From the NCBI GenBank assembly GCA_030264375.1, contig JASCQW010000190.1:80686575-80750574 (forward strand): a stretch of DNA of 64,000 bases, given 5' to 3'. Shown piece after piece: positions 61,678 through 64,000 of this stretch (the stretch's first letter is position 1; every line of letters starts with the position of its first letter). This DNA is from Carcharhinus longimanus (taxonomy: Eukaryota). The notes under the pieces were generated by a model. It did not search any database and was not told the DNA's origin. It saw nothing but the letters and a program-made list of their open reading frames with translations. Position numbers and translations under genes: made by a program.

Positions 61678-64000
61678 GTGAGTGTGTGGTCTTGAAATGN
61701 NNNNNNNNNNNNNNNNNNNNNNNNNNNNNNNNNNNNNNNNNNNNNNNNNNNNNNNNNNNNNNNNNNNNNNNNNNNNNNNNNNNNNNNNNNNNNNNNNNNN
61801 NNNNNNNNNNNNNNNNNNNNNNNNNNNNNCAAACCAAAGTGCCCTTGACTTATCTAATTGGTAATGCAATTACTGTGGCTCACCACATGAAGAGCATGGC
61901 TTAACTTCAGTGCAGAAGTTTGCAATTGATCTAAAGTGCTTAACCAATCTCATCATCTCATGAAAGTGTGGTTATTCCAATTTTCTTGCTCTTTCTGCTG
62001 CTCATCATCTCCTTACATTAATACAGCCCCCTCATTTTTGGTGGTCTTTCCATTAAGCAGTTTGTCAATATGATGACTTTACCATTAATCTAGTTCCTTC
62101 ACTCTGGTTATTCTCTTTCTGGTAAGAATCTTCAAGGTTATCAACATTCAATTTAACAATTATGTATGCCTCTTTTAAAAACAATTGAAATGGGAATTAG
62201 AAAAATGGCCTTCCCAAAGTGAGCCAAGAAATACAGCTGATATGGCAAATGGAAATGCTTCTATATCCACTCAAACATCAAACCCACAGTACTGAAAGTG
62301 ATGTGATCCGCACTGTTTTTTTCTCTTGCCTTAAAGAGCACAAAGTTAATCAAAATCTAGAGATTGATGTATCAAGAATTTTAAAGTTCTATCATATTCC
62401 TTTAAAGCCATTGTGAACTTTGAATAATGTTCCCCTCTATTTTCAAAAGTTTCCTCTATTGTAATGAGGATGTGCAATTGCAATTTATCAGGGCAATCTT
62501 TATTAGCTTCCTTAATCACTGTGACAGAGTTGAGGCTTTCCATTGCCATGTCTTCCTCATATCAGCTTTAGGTAACTTTTTAACAGAAAGGAAATTATAA
62601 ATGACAGAATTCCGCAATGTGGTCGTTCAAAGACTAATAGTCTCGAGTTATATTAATAAACCTGCACAGCAGCATGTACTGAACCCTGGAAATGTATAAA
62701 TCCAACGAAAGAGCTTCATTGTATGTTAATATAGGGAAGGAAAGAACAAAGTAGTTATATAGTTTCATACAGTTTTTGAAACGTCATTTGAACTTGGAAC
62801 ATGAATTTGAACCATTTGATGTGGGTGTCCTGGAGCCTGAATATCCTATCCCTACCCTCAGTCAATAGTCATGCAATAATGTTATTGATGGATTAAAAGT
62901 AGTGGGGGCAATTTTCCAAAAAAAATTTGTGTTGAATTTGCATAAAAACTGGAGTATATCAAGCTTTTTTTCAACAGGAGTTTCTGTGCACTGCAGGATG
63001 TACTAGCATGAATCGCTCCAGAAACCAATGGGCAGGACCTATTCCCTGAAGAGGCTGACAGCACAGCGCTGAGCGGGCCATTGCCTATGAGCTGATCTCA
63101 GTGCCGAGATCAGTGGGTGCGCAGTGGCCTGCACTGCTGGCCTTCTGATCGTGCCAGAAATTGATGCAGAGCTGACGGTGCAGAAATTGCAAAAGCAGTG
63201 TAGCAGGCTGGGAGAGTNNNNNNNNNNNNNNNNNNNNNNNNNNNTTGAGAAATATAACTCTACCACGAGAGAAAATGTACCTGTGTGCTGGTTTACCGTT
63301 CATTCCAAAATGAAAGCTTCGTTGCTGGTCGAGAACTTCAGTGAATTTCAAGCTAAAAGAGTTACTCAGAGTAATTAGCACTCCCAGAACCATTAGGTGA
63401 AACAATAGTCATGGTTTGAATTTACATTGCACCCTTAAAAGGAAATCTGAAGGTACTTCATATTTGAAAATGGACATAAGACAGTTAAGGATCAAATGAG
63501 AAGGTGGCCAAAAGTTTGGTCAAAGTGGGTTTTATGGCAGGTATGGAGCTGGAGGGGGAATTAAATCCTGGAGCAGAAGCTCTGAAACAAAGCTATGTGT
63601 GGTGGATTTAGACACTGGAATGAACCAGAATGGCCTCAGTATCTCCACTGTTTACAGCAAGTTGATTCATTGAGTTGAAGTAATATTGTCCTCTCTAAAG
63701 AAGTCACATATTGGAGGGATTTTGATTTTATTTTGTTGTACTTTTTTCCACTCTGTGGGGAGTTTTTAAAAGGTGGCCAATTTATATCTAAAAACTTGGA
63801 CTCTATTCAAAAACTCGCAAAAGGCAAAGTCTCTGTTTTAAAGACGTAACAAAATTTATTTAAAACGCAAAAATCAAACTGGACAAACAATACATAAGCA
63901 GCCGTTCAGAGGCCCCCAAAGGGTTAAACAGCTCAGGTTCAGTATTGTAAAACCTCTCCAAAGGCCTGAGGCATTCAGCCAAAGTATAGAATGCTTATAC

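Noticed and set aside
63770-64000. Possible LINE (Tx1-like) 3' end at the window edge
   Set aside because: Too short and truncated to classify from sequence alone.

Overview
Eukaryotic, repeat-rich vertebrate DNA with several N gaps. The repeat complement (HE1/V-SINE-type tRNA SINEs, HER1/CR1 LINEs, Deu-domain SINE relics, Penelope-like elements) points to a shark genome, possibly carcharhiniform (inference). One host gene is visible on the + strand: the 5' part of a synaptotagmin-like (Slp/SYTL, SYTL2-like) Rab27-effector gene. Seven phase-consistent coding exons (28245-61677, 1069 nt, about 356 codons) encode a zinc-finger-less Slp homology domain and a low-complexity linker; the expected C2 domains would lie beyond the window. 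The rest is mostly decayed transposons: CR1, RTE, Rex1/Babar, Tx1, a Gypsy LTR element in intron 1, and Harbinger and hAT relics, often nested. The most notable non-genic signal is a Penelope-like family whose copies carry minimal hammerhead-ribozyme motifs and recurrent fold-back (inverted-arm plus 3' tail) structures, two of them bounded by 12-bp target-site duplications. Almost all ORFs in the supplied track are spurious or transposon debris. Repeat boundaries are by eye and approximate; family names come from recalled consensus features, not database searches.
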